Below are positions 32,951 through 42,896 of a stretch of 42,896 nucleotides of DNA, one piece after another. Positions within the stretch are counted from its first letter, which is position 1. Each line of letters begins with the position of its first letter. A program made the position numbers and the translations under genes. The notes beneath the pieces are model-generated. The model worked only from the letters and a program-made list of their open reading frames with translations. It was not told the origin of the DNA and did no database searches. The stretch is from Octopus bimaculoides (taxonomy: Eukaryota), in the NCBI RefSeq assembly GCF_001194135.2, contig NC_068995.1, forward strand, positions 4,007,381 to 4,050,276. Reading direction: 5' to 3'.

Positions 32951-33431
32951 ATATTAAGCTCAAATACTTGCAGCAGAAAATTTTGTAGTCTTTCTGACCA
33001 AAAGATTAATTCTTCATTACTTCGTTTTATTTAATTATGGGGGTATACCTCAGTGTGCTGAAGGCTACAGTCACCGTAGCCGATAACCAAATTGGTTCCA
33101 CTTTTCATTGAACTATGAGAAAAGGATCATCTCCTAAACTTGTATCACAGACTGGCATTAAATCTAAAACAAAACGTTGATCTTTTTAATGAGTTATGTT
33201 CCCTTTCTTGCATGCATATGTATATATGTTAATATGTGAACATAGAATCGTACAAATATATTCTTCTGGTTATATGTTTAAAATTATGCACTAATAGAGA
33301 AAAAAATGCCGGTAGTATGATTTTTTTTCTTCTGAATCTAGGTAAGATCAACTGTGTATGTATGCATGCATGATAAACAATATATGATATATAATATATC
33401 ATATATAATATATATATATAGACACACACAC

Positions 33432-33463
<32 letters not shown>

Positions 33464-33910
33464 NNNNNNNNNNNNNNNNNNNNNNNNNNNNNNNNNNNNN
33501 NNNNNNNNNNNNNNNNNNNNNNNNNNNNNNNNNNNNNNNNNNNNNNNNNNNNNNNNNNNNNNNNNNNNNNNNNNNNNNNNNNNNNNNNNNNNNNNNNNNN
33601 NNNNNNNNNNNNNNNNNNNNNNNNNNNNNNNNNNNNNNNNNNNNNNNNNNNNNNNNNNNNNNNNNNNNNNNNNNNNNNNNNNNNNNNNNNNNNNNNNNNN
33701 NNNNNNNNNNNNNNNNNNNNNNNNNNNNNNNNNNNNNNNNNNNNNNNNNNNNNNNNNNNNNNNNNNNNNNNNNNNNNNNNNNNNNNNNNNNNNNNNNNNN
33801 NNNNNNNNNNNNNNNNNNNNNNNNNNNNNNNNNNNNNNNNNNNNNNNNNNNNNNNNNNNNNNNNNNNNNNNNNNNNNNNNNNNNNNNNNNNNNNATATAT
33901 ATACGGAATG

Positions 33911-33955
33911 TGTCACTGAAGAGGTCACAGATATGTAGCGAAAAATTTCCTGACA
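33911..33955 (+). ncRNA. Hammerhead-like motif, partly decayed, different repeat family
   Basis: UGUCA-CUGAAGA-G-GUCACA(GAUA)UGUAGC-GAA-AAAUUU-CC-UGACA: stem I 5 bp, intact core, stem II with one mismatch and one wobble, palindromic AAAUUU, one surplus C at the cleavage site. Confidence 0.5.
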
Positions 33956-34059
33956 ATGGATATGAGTTAGAATAAGAACAGTAATAAACGAGTAAAGAAC
34001 GAATATATACTGCTTGTATTTATATGGCAAAAATAAAAAATAAATATGACAATACAGAA

Positions 34060-34096
<37 letters not shown>

Positions 34097-34269
34097 TTGT
34101 AACATTACTGGCCACTGTTAAACCCTGTTCTATCATCTACGGCACCCAAAACAACCATCACCAGAATCCCAATGTAATCACAGAACATGCTAAAAATAAG
34201 AGTGAAATCTTCGACTAAAATGATTAGGTGAAAATTCTCAGTGTAATATAGACTCTAATACGCAGTGTA

Positions 34270-34565
34270 ACTATAATAATAAACGCGAAATTCAGTCCGT
34301 CCGTCTGGGACCCCAGCAGCTCAGTCTACATTTGGTCTACATAGACATATTAAACCTTTTTGAAATCAGAATGATGCTACCAATTGAAAATTCAAATTTG
34401 TGAACTTACAAGTTTTTCATTTAAACTTAATTTAAATTTATATAATATTGGTAAGGTACCAATAAATTCTTTCTTATTAGCCGCTTTAGTTTTGGGCTAC
34501 GGGCCCAATTGGCACTCTGCAGGAGCTAGCTAAAAGGTCCCCACGGCGAGCATCTCATAAGCTAG
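34270..34565 (+). mobile_element. Probable non-autonomous Helitron
   Basis: Begins CTATAATAATAAA followed by a (GTCC)/(GTCT) tract and ends CCCACGGCG...CTAG|T. The 5' TC is not intact and the subterminal hairpin is decayed. Confidence 0.5.
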
Positions 34566-35887
34566 TATATAAATGAAGGGAGAATGATGAAGTCGTGGCT
34601 AGAATGCCTTTAATCATCCGTCTACAGTGTCGAGGCTGACCGGAGGAGGGTTGAGCTTTGAGACACATAGCAGCTATATGGAGCAGACTGGCAAAGCGTT
34701 GAGTACATGTGGTATTTAGCTACCGTCCCTTACGTTGAAGGTTCAAATCTGCTCCTCATTCTCTCTGGGTCGAGAAAATAGCATTCGAGATTTGGAGTCA
34801 ATTCCTATAAAACTCGGTAGCTATGAATGAAGTTATGAAAGAGAAACAACAGTCCGTCTTGAGATTCCACGACCGTATGAATGTAGGGGAGATAAATAAA
34901 TATGACAGGGGAGAGAACTAAAGTGGCATAGATTTCTTAACACTTAGAATTTTTATAAATTACATTGTTCGTATTCATTATATCGCCTTTTCTTTTCCAA
35001 TAAAGCATTTTTACACAAAATGTATCGTTTGTTTTTGGTTTGTTTTTTTCGAAATATACTGAAATACAAAGTATAAAATGCAAAAAGCTTAATCTATGAA
35101 TAAATTAAGATAATGAATGAATAAATGTTTTTCTATGATCTTGAATTGTCTATTAAATATACTTTCAAAACACATCACGCTAATCTGGTGCCACAAAATG
35201 TCACCCAATCGAATCTTTCCTCGGCCCTGCAATGTATGCATTTGTGAAGATGATCAGCGAGAGATAATTGCTAAATAAATAAGCTTAATTAAATAAATTA
35301 AACAATTTGTCAACAGAAATAGATTTTTTGAAAAGCGAGAAGGAAAATAAGAATTCTCAGTTAGAAGTCGGAAGAAACAGTTTATAATCCGTTTTACTTA
35401 TTCTTTCTTTTTCACTCCGAACATTGCGAGTATATTATGATTAAAACAAGTTTAGGTTTAACCAAAGCATAAAAGATATATCAATGAATTTATTACTTTT
35501 CAACATCGGATCAGAAAATAAATAAATAAATTCAGTGCAATTTCTTTTTTTTTTTTAACATTTAAAAAATGTATTGAACGATTTTAACTTTACCAAGTTT
35601 AAAATGTGGTTGGTGTCCATGATTAATTGTAAAGAAAAAAATTGTTTTCTATCTTTCGTTTAAACCATGAAATGAATGTTTTAATGAACTTTAACATTTT
35701 GCCAAACTACTGCTTTACTCAGAAAATACACGAAATGGTCGAAGGGAAAAGAGAGAAAAAAGGACAACAGATGATAAATTTTGATACGATTAAAAAATAT
35801 TTGAAAGAAATGTGATTTTATTTCAAAGGCCTCCTTTTCACTTTTCTTCATTTTCTCTCACATTATGTCTGTGTGTCGGATTGTCTG

Positions 35888-35937
<50 letters not shown>

Positions 35938-35990
35938 GATCGATCGATCACTATATATGTTGCTAAATAGATCGATCGATCGATCGATGC

Positions 35991-36037
<47 letters not shown>

Positions 36038-36105
36038 TGCGTGCGTGTCTGTGTATGTGTGTGTATGATATATAACAATAATACTTGGATGCAATTTATA
36101 GATAA

Positions 36106-36181
36106 TTAACGCATCGCTACGCGCGTTTCCACGAATCACATGTCTCTTAAGATCACGGAAACGCGCGTAGCGATGCATTAA
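36106..36181. repeat. CpG-rich 25-bp inverted repeat with 26-nt spacer, TTAA at both ends
   Basis: TTAACGCATCGCTACGCGCGTTTCC ... GGAAACGCGCGTAGCGATGCATTAA, one mismatch. Confidence 0.95.
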
Positions 36182-36664
36182 ATGTTTATGAATTCCATCC
36201 AAGGATTATATTTATCCTACATTATATCGGTATCGCACTATGCAATCTCGTTTTTCGTTTCCTTTATTTCTTTCCTTTCCATGAATTACTTCACCTTCAT
36301 TCATTGTAGTTTCTTCCCCTTCATTTGTGACTATTACGTTGCTATTACATGTAATCTCTGCTGCTGTTGTTGTAATCGTTGTTGTTTTGTCATTGCTGTG
36401 TTCAAGGCCTCAGTGCCTAAGTTAATTAGAAGTTAATTAGAATGAACGTCTTATTGATAGATGGAGAGGTAAAATGGATAGTTCTCTAAAAACGAACAAT
36501 AAACGGCGTAGAATCTCTTTGTTGAAAACATAGTTAAAATGGTTGACGATCATCACGATAGAATGAATTCTGTCCTTGGATGGATGTTGCTCTTCGACGT
36601 ACATTGTTTCTTACTTTTTGTCTTTGTGTGTGTGTGAATGTCCGTCTGTGAATGTATGTATGCG

Positions 36665-36970
36665 TGGCATACTCAGGGAGGCCATCTGCAAGCCGATTGA
36701 GAAGTTTCGGCGAATAGTCATGGAAGACCCTGATGTAACAGTTTAGGAAATTGCTCATGAAATGGGTATAGTCACAGGATCAATCCATTCCATTTTAACA
36801 AAGGATTTGTGCATGCAGAAAGTATCGGCGAAATTCTTCCCCAACGTTCTTGCGGAGCAGCTCCCCACAGAAATCGCTGAACTGGAAATGCTGGACTGTG
36901 CAAACCACGATCCAGCCTTAATGAAGATCATCACCACTAGTGATGAGACATAAGTTTACGGTCTTCGCAC
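36665..36970 (+). mobile_element. Degenerate mariner transposase fragment
   Basis: SGRPS...IVMEDPDVTV*EIAHEMGIVTGSIHSILTKDLCMQKVSAKFFPNVL...MKIITTSDET*VYG matches mariner KVSAKWVP and I.TGDETW motifs. Confidence 0.8.
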
Positions 36971-38219
36971 GAAGTGATTCGTCATCTTGAGTGAAAACGA
37001 AATCCGACGAACACGCACTGCCCGTTTGTGTTCCAGGCGCAACAGCAGGGAACTAATGCGGTCTACCGATGTAAAAATATTCACGCGTGTGCAGGAATGG
37101 TGAAACATATTTTACCAGACCCACAATAATAAAAGCAATGTCGACCCTGATGGTGTTTGAACTTAGAATGTAAGATAAGTTTCCTATATACTTTCATTTA
37201 CCATAATCCGTTTCCTCTCTTCTCTCCTGCTTCTGTTAAGATATCACGTTTAAGCTAAAAATATTAAAAACCTATTGTTGATCTTGGACTGAGAACATAA
37301 AAATATAATAATGAAATGGAAGTATAATTAAAATAGTTAGCTCTGTCTTAAAGAATTATTCGAGTTGCTGGATGTGTCGGCTGTTTGTTATTTCTGGGAA
37401 GTATTTTAGAAGCGAGTTTTTTTTTTTTGTGTTGATGTTGTTGATAATGTTATTTTGCAGTTGATGGTATCTTCGTATCAATTTTTCTTTTTAACACAAA
37501 TATAGAGGATTTTATTAAATGAAATATCAACAAACTAATAACAGAAGCATGTAAACTTGCCTGTATTGAAGCGACCAGAGCTAATTTTTATGAAATTCTT
37601 TGAAATGAGATAATTTAGCCCTTTATGGGTTTTTCGAAAATCTTAGAAATATTTGATGTGCTTTGTCGACCGAATTATAACTACGCTTAAAATTACTTCT
37701 AGGATGGCGGTTTCCATGGTGCAAACGTCTAAGTACCTTCCTTTTCTTTTCAATTATTTTCTTTCGTAATTTTTCCATCATTGTGTATATCACATGTATA
37801 TTATTTTTGACGTTTCTGCGTTTAAATCTACTGACAGCCGGAATATGAATAACTGCGTTCCTGCTCGCCCATTTCTCTGCATTTAAATCAGCCGTATTGG
37901 CTTCTAAAAATAAGAAGAAATACAGGAAATCAACAGCTGTCAGTGACATTTTACTTCCAATGACAAACAAAACAATATACAGATTAATGACTTGTAAGTA
38001 CGTGTTATTTCGTTATTCAACCATAATATACAATAAAGAGTGTTCAAGAAAGAGTGTTCAATACCAGAAGTGTAGGTAACATTTTATTATATAATTTATG
38101 TGGAAATTCTAGAACCCACCGTTTCATGCTGACAATAGTCTACAATTTACTACAAGAATTATTATCATTAAGAGTAAATTGCAAGAGAATAAGACGAAAT
38201 TTGATGTTACTATTGTCAA

Positions 38220-38230
38220 TATAGTAGTAA

Positions 38231-38308
<78 letters not shown>

Positions 38309-38325
38309 CAGCAGCAGCAGCAGCA
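38220..38325. repeat. (GTA)n then (GCA)n microsatellite
   Basis: Direct inspection. Confidence 0.97.
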
Positions 38326-39361
38326 TACGAAGATGATCAAAAAGAAAACTATTATTTAACCTCTCTTTGCTGTCACTCACTTTTTAATATATCCGTCAAT
38401 AGCATTCGACATCCATTCTATCTGGAGACAGCCAAAAGATGCACGCCGCTAACTATCATATTTGAAAGCATCACGGAAGAGTAAAACCATCAGTGAAGAT
38501 GGTTAATAAAAGTTAGGAATAAAATTGGAGAAAATAACTTTACCGTTATGCTGTTCACTGTTGATCGTTCCCCAAACTAAGGCAGGTAGGAATACCATGA
38601 AGTACAGGGGCAAGAATATCTTCATTTTTTATATATTTAGCAGCTTGAAACTATAAAATGCAAGAAAGAATAAGAAACAATATGTGTGTGTATGTATACG
38701 CACCTATGTATATGTATATACTGACATACCCATATGTATATGTGTGCGTGTGTACACTCATACGCTCATGTATACAAACACCCACATATGCATACACACG
38801 CGTGCGAGGAGAGTGTAGTGGATTTTAGTGCCAATCTCGATAATCTTATTCAAAATTTGGCAGAAGGTGCAAAGTGTCGCACAAAGCTGATAGAGCTCAA
38901 GTGTTACACCGATGGTGATTGGTGGATGTACGCATCGCAGATCGTCTGGTCTGAATTGTCAGTATAAAAAGATTCTTTGCCAGACTTCTGTGAATATAAA
39001 CCTGCTTTGTTCGCCGACCTGTTAGAAGACGTCTACTGAACTGGCTTTGGCGAAAGAAGTTGTGTGATGGACAACAGTTTAAGAACCAAGCTTTCGTCAA
39101 CATTTACAAATTTGGTCTGGAAAGGAAAGTAGATTTGGAAAGGTAGGCGTAGTCCTCCACAACTACATCCATTGAAATCTGAACCAAAATATTTGTAAAG
39201 GTGTCTAAGCTGAGTATGTGACTGTAGGCTTGAAAATCGGCAGATCAGAGCCAAAGGACACTTGTACTCGATGGTCAGGGCGGTACAGGTTTTCTGGGGA
39301 TTTACTTGATTGACCCTAAGCTGCCAGCAGAACTCTAGAACACTGGACATAATGTTTAGTG

Positions 39362-39490
39362 CCATTTCGGACACGTTTACGTTTGAGTTTAAAATCCGCC
39401 GAAGTCGACTTTAACTTACATCGTTTAAGTGTTGATAAATTAAGTACCAGTTGCGCACTGGGGGCCATGTAATAAACTGACCGCTATTCC
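39362..39490 (-). mobile_element. SINE-like family A partial copy
   Basis: Reverse complement shows ccccagtgcgcaactggtacttaatttatc..gttaaagtcgacttcggcggattttaaactc. Confidence 0.65.
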
Positions 39491-41479
39491 CAACATGTCT
39501 TCAAGCGTTCTGACAATACTAGAAATGATTATTATTATCATTTATCGAATTTGTCGTAGTTATCTTTTACAAGAAATAGGAAATAAAGAAGAAATAGTTT
39601 GAAAAACATGTCAAAATAAATTTACATACACACATACACACACACACGCACACACACATATACATACAAAGTATACGGACAGNNNNNNNNNNNNNNNNNN
39701 NNNNNNNNNNNNNNNNNNNNNNNNNNNNNNNNNNNNNNNNNNNNNNNNNNNNNNNNNNNNNNNNNNNNNNNNNNNNNNNNNNNNNNNNNNNNNNNNNNNN
39801 NNNNNNNNNNNNNNNNNNNNNNNNNNNNNNNNNNNNNNNNNNNNNNNNNNNNNNNNNNNNNNNNNNNNNNNNNNNNNNNNNNNNNNNNNNNNNNNNNNNN
39901 NNNNNNNNNNNNNNNNNNNNNNNNNNNNNNNNNNNNNNNNNNNNNNNNNNNNNNNNNNNNNNNNNNNNNNNNNNNNNNNNNNTATATATATATATACATA
40001 TGTATATATATATATATAAGTACTGATATATATTTATATATAAACATGCATATATATATATATACATATATGCATTAGTATGAATATATATATAATTTAT
40101 ACACACACACACATATATTCATAAATGTATGTGTGTATATGTATATGAACTTATAAAATATAGTGTGATAAAATGATTGACATACCGTATGTGTGTTTCT
40201 TGACAACCGTTCTCAGGATTAAATATCAATGTCTTTATATAGTAAGTAGTAGTAATAGTAGTAGTAGTAACAGCAGCAGCTGTTGCCACGATGGTGTTAG
40301 TAGTAGTAGCAACAGTAGCTTTGGTAATGGTGGTGGTGGCGGTGGTGGAAGGGGGGTCGTGGTGGTAGAGGGTGGTGAAGATAGTGTTCGTGGGGCAGTA
40401 GTAGATCACAATCAAAAGCGTGTACTCATACCCAGTCATAGGCCAAGATTAGTTTTGTTGCCTCCGATAAATCGGGAAAAATTTGAATAAAGCGCACTCT
40501 GGTGGCTATTTTATTGTTTCGCAGATTCTTTTGTACATTATTTACATTATTTATTTAATCGGGCGTATATTTGCAATGATAACTGTTATAATTGTCGTTT
40601 TCTATACATAACAGGTGACAAATTTGGTCTGGACGTGAGGTTGGCTGTCAGTACATTCCATTGACAGCGCTTAATTACGCAGAAATGCACCTGTATTCCC
40701 GTTGGCCACTGATGGAGCGGTTCTCGAAATGCTAACGGCTACTTACACTCTGTATTCAACATGTAAGTTGCTTTCAGTTTTGTAGTTCGGACTGTAGCAG
40801 TCACAGTTATATTTGAGAGAACTAAAAAGTGTGGGTCTAATGAATATTTCATTTACTGCCATTCATTAAGTTAAATAAAATATAATACGACAAACAGACG
40901 GTGCTTGACCCTGACTAGGGGTTACTTTTTATGACAGCCCTTTCCTCGGTGTACAGCACAGTTGGTGATGCAGCAAATTGCTAATGAAGAAAGTGTTAAT
41001 TATGTAATTAAATTAACAACCGCAGGACGTTACTTATTGTGAATTGATTTATTATGTAACTATGATTATATGTCAGTATGTGTGTGTGTTTGTGTTAGTG
41101 TGAATATGTGTGTGTTTGTGTCCGTGTCCTGAAGTCACGACGATAACATGAATATAGCTTCAATATATCCTGGTGTTAACAGAATTTTATTACCACTTTG
41201 CTATTCTGACAGTTGTGGTGTATCAAAGGTTAAACAAGATAATGATAAAGAAGCATTCGGTGTGATGGACACCAAAGTAGTTTGTATTCTCAGTTGAACG
41301 CATTTCATTTTGATATTTTGTATAATTTGATATCTTTCTATTGTTAACAGAAAGGGCATTCCCTTCTTGGTGGACACGAACATACGTACGTGCAGACACA
41401 TGAATGCATGCGTGCATCTATTGATGTAAGTATGCATTCATGTATCGGCAGAATTTCCCATCATGTGTTTTCAGCTGTT

Positions 41480-41690
41480 CGTTCATCTGATCTCGGACAA
41501 AATTCCCGAGCAGACGTGCCTAGTTGTTCGATCACCTGATCTGGGGCCAAATTTTCTATCAGGTGTTTCCAGTTGTTCGATCGTCTCAACGACAAAATAC
41601 ATTTAGTAAAAACACACAAATTACTGAATATTCCACTGTTACGTCTAACTTTAAAGTAAATCTCCCGTGCAACCAGCTTGATCCAGTCTG
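41480..41690 (-). repeat. Old SINE-related repeat with about 45-nt internal tandem subunits; left arm of an inverted pair
   Basis: Reverse complement aligns with 42665-42850 (ctttaa.g.ta.acgtaac.gtgga.ta.tca..atttgt..aatgtattt.gt.gtt.agacgatcgaacaactggaaac). Confidence 0.7.
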
Positions 41691-41842
41691 TGACAAAGAT
41701 GGACATTTCTTCTCACAGACACAATCAATCCTAAGGGTTTTCACAAAGTTACCTACAATTCATTTTCATGAACATCTTGGACAATCATGGACAATTGTCT
41801 TTATTTCTACTCTCATCCGGGTGTGCATACACACACATAGTC

Positions 41843-41988
41843 GTCTTCTTCTTCTTCTTCTTCTTCTTCTTCTTCTTCTTCTTCTTCTTCTTCTTCTTCT
41901 TCTTCTTCTTCTTCTTCTTCTTCATCATCATCATCATCATCATCATCATCTTCATCATCATCACCATCATCATCACCATCATCACCAC

Positions 41989-42029
<41 letters not shown>

Positions 42030-42057
42030 CCATCGTCATCATCATCATCATCATCAT
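41843..42057. repeat. (TTC)n then (CAT)n microsatellite
   Basis: Direct inspection; explains the poly-L/H, poly-F/I and poly-M/K ORFs. Confidence 0.97.
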
Positions 42058-42664
42058 AGTTGTTATAAACGTTGCACAGTATACAATATTGTGAGGTTGT
42101 TGATTAAAAATAATATTGTATCTACCGGGGGGGGGGACTGTTTGTCAAATCCCAACAGGGACCTTTCTTCATATCTCCGGACGGGTCAGCCTGAGTAGAA
42201 CATTTTTGGTTCTCCTTCACGAGAGAACGAAGCATCTTAGGCTTCTTGTGGTTTTCAACGAATTTTAGCATCCAGTCGTTAGTTGTTTCAAGATATTTAG
42301 CTCGTCTAGTGTAATGATTTGGTAAGAAATTTCAAATTGGAGGAAGCCCCGAACTTCTTAGGCTCTGGAGAAGTAACGACTTTTGACACATGGCATTCTT
42401 AAAGAAAGAAACAGGAGAACAAGCTTTACAAACTAACTCAATCAAGTGTAACTTTGATAAAACAGCAGTATCACCTTTGTGTAGACTAAGGGAAAAATCA
42501 TGTGAGATAGGCATATAATTAGTGGATGCTCAAAACTAGCTCAAAAGGAGTCCAAAAAACCATCATGACAAAGTAACAGCGTGAATACAATGGAGAATAT
42601 GCAAGAAATAAGGGCAAGAATGTTCCAACAAGAAGCATGAGACCTAACCTTTGCCATTTGGAAG

Positions 42665-42850
42665 GGTTAAACTGATTTCACAAGTTATTTGCTTTAAGGG
42701 TACACGTAACTGTGGAGTAATCAACCATTTGTATATTTATTCAATGTATTTGGTTGTTCAGACGATCGAACAACTGGAAACGTCCGCTCGGGAATTTTGC
42801 CCAATTCAGACGATCGAACGACTGGAAACGCCTGATGAGAAATTTTGCAC
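42665..42850 (+). repeat. Old SINE-related repeat with about 45-nt internal tandem subunits; right arm of an inverted pair
   Basis: cagacgatcgaac.actggaaacg occurs twice; homologous to the reverse complement of 41480-41690. Confidence 0.7.
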
Positions 42851-42896
42851 GTGCTATATCACCTTCTCATCATATACATGCATATATATATATATA

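Larger units (their letters stand above)
1093..39982. other. Thirteen assembly gaps (N-runs): 1093-1120, 7111-7416, 7825-8707, 11125-11359, 12948-13607, 14277-14305, 14861-15787, 17865-18455, 20800-21301, 23177-23561, 28189-28866, 33464-33894, 39683-39982
   Basis: Direct inspection; most gaps abut (AT)n or other simple repeats. Confidence 0.98.

Noticed and set aside
37681-37993. Hydrophobic plus-strand frame ending at a GTAAGT donor (possible membrane-protein exon)
   Set aside because: In-frame TGA at about 37846; the hydrophobicity is the antisense mirror of the K/R/N-rich minus frame.
38800-39350. Unique-looking region with short ORFs faintly resembling a decayed LINE C-terminus
   Set aside because: Many stops and no diagnostic RT or zinc-knuckle motif that I could align.
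7111-40112. Long ORFs of 130-415 aa made mostly of X
   Set aside because: They run through N gaps and flanking (AT)n repeats; no coding evidence.
668-42198. Poly-V/I/L/H/M/K/Y and (CV)n/(YI)n/(HT)n ORFs
   Set aside because: Translations of di-, tri- and tetranucleotide microsatellites.
41480-42850. Short repeats with spacers suggestive of a CRISPR array
   Set aside because: Eukaryotic context, only 2-3 degenerate units, homologous spacers; a SINE-related tandem subunit instead.

Overview
Eukaryotic, AT-rich, microsatellite-dense, gapped draft scaffold (13 N-runs). The repeat landscape looks like a coleoid cephalopod, probably Octopus; this is inferred from recognising repeat families, not from a database search. 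The main feature is a complete 11-exon plus-strand gene (ATG 6852 to TAA 31213; 2562-nt CDS, 853 aa) for a secreted inter-alpha-trypsin inhibitor heavy-chain (ITIH)-like protein: signal peptide, VIT domain, vWA domain (variant MIDAS DYTES...S...TDG), hybrid region, GD|PH motif, ITI heavy-chain C-terminal domain. All ten introns are GT-AG and all phases join without a frameshift. The ORF track shows this gene only as fragments; most other listed ORFs are microsatellite or N-run artefacts. The rest is repeats: several SINE families, four Tc1/mariner remnants, a 5'-truncated R4/Dong-type LINE inside a (TAA)n microsatellite, a probable non-autonomous Helitron and Penelope-like (PLE) terminal fragments. 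The most unexpected signal is a set of minimal type-I hammerhead ribozyme motifs. One antisense copy in intron 2 is apparently intact and four others are decayed. Two homologous copies covary in stem I and share an extra A between A9 and G10.1. Several long hairpins lie downstream of the gene.
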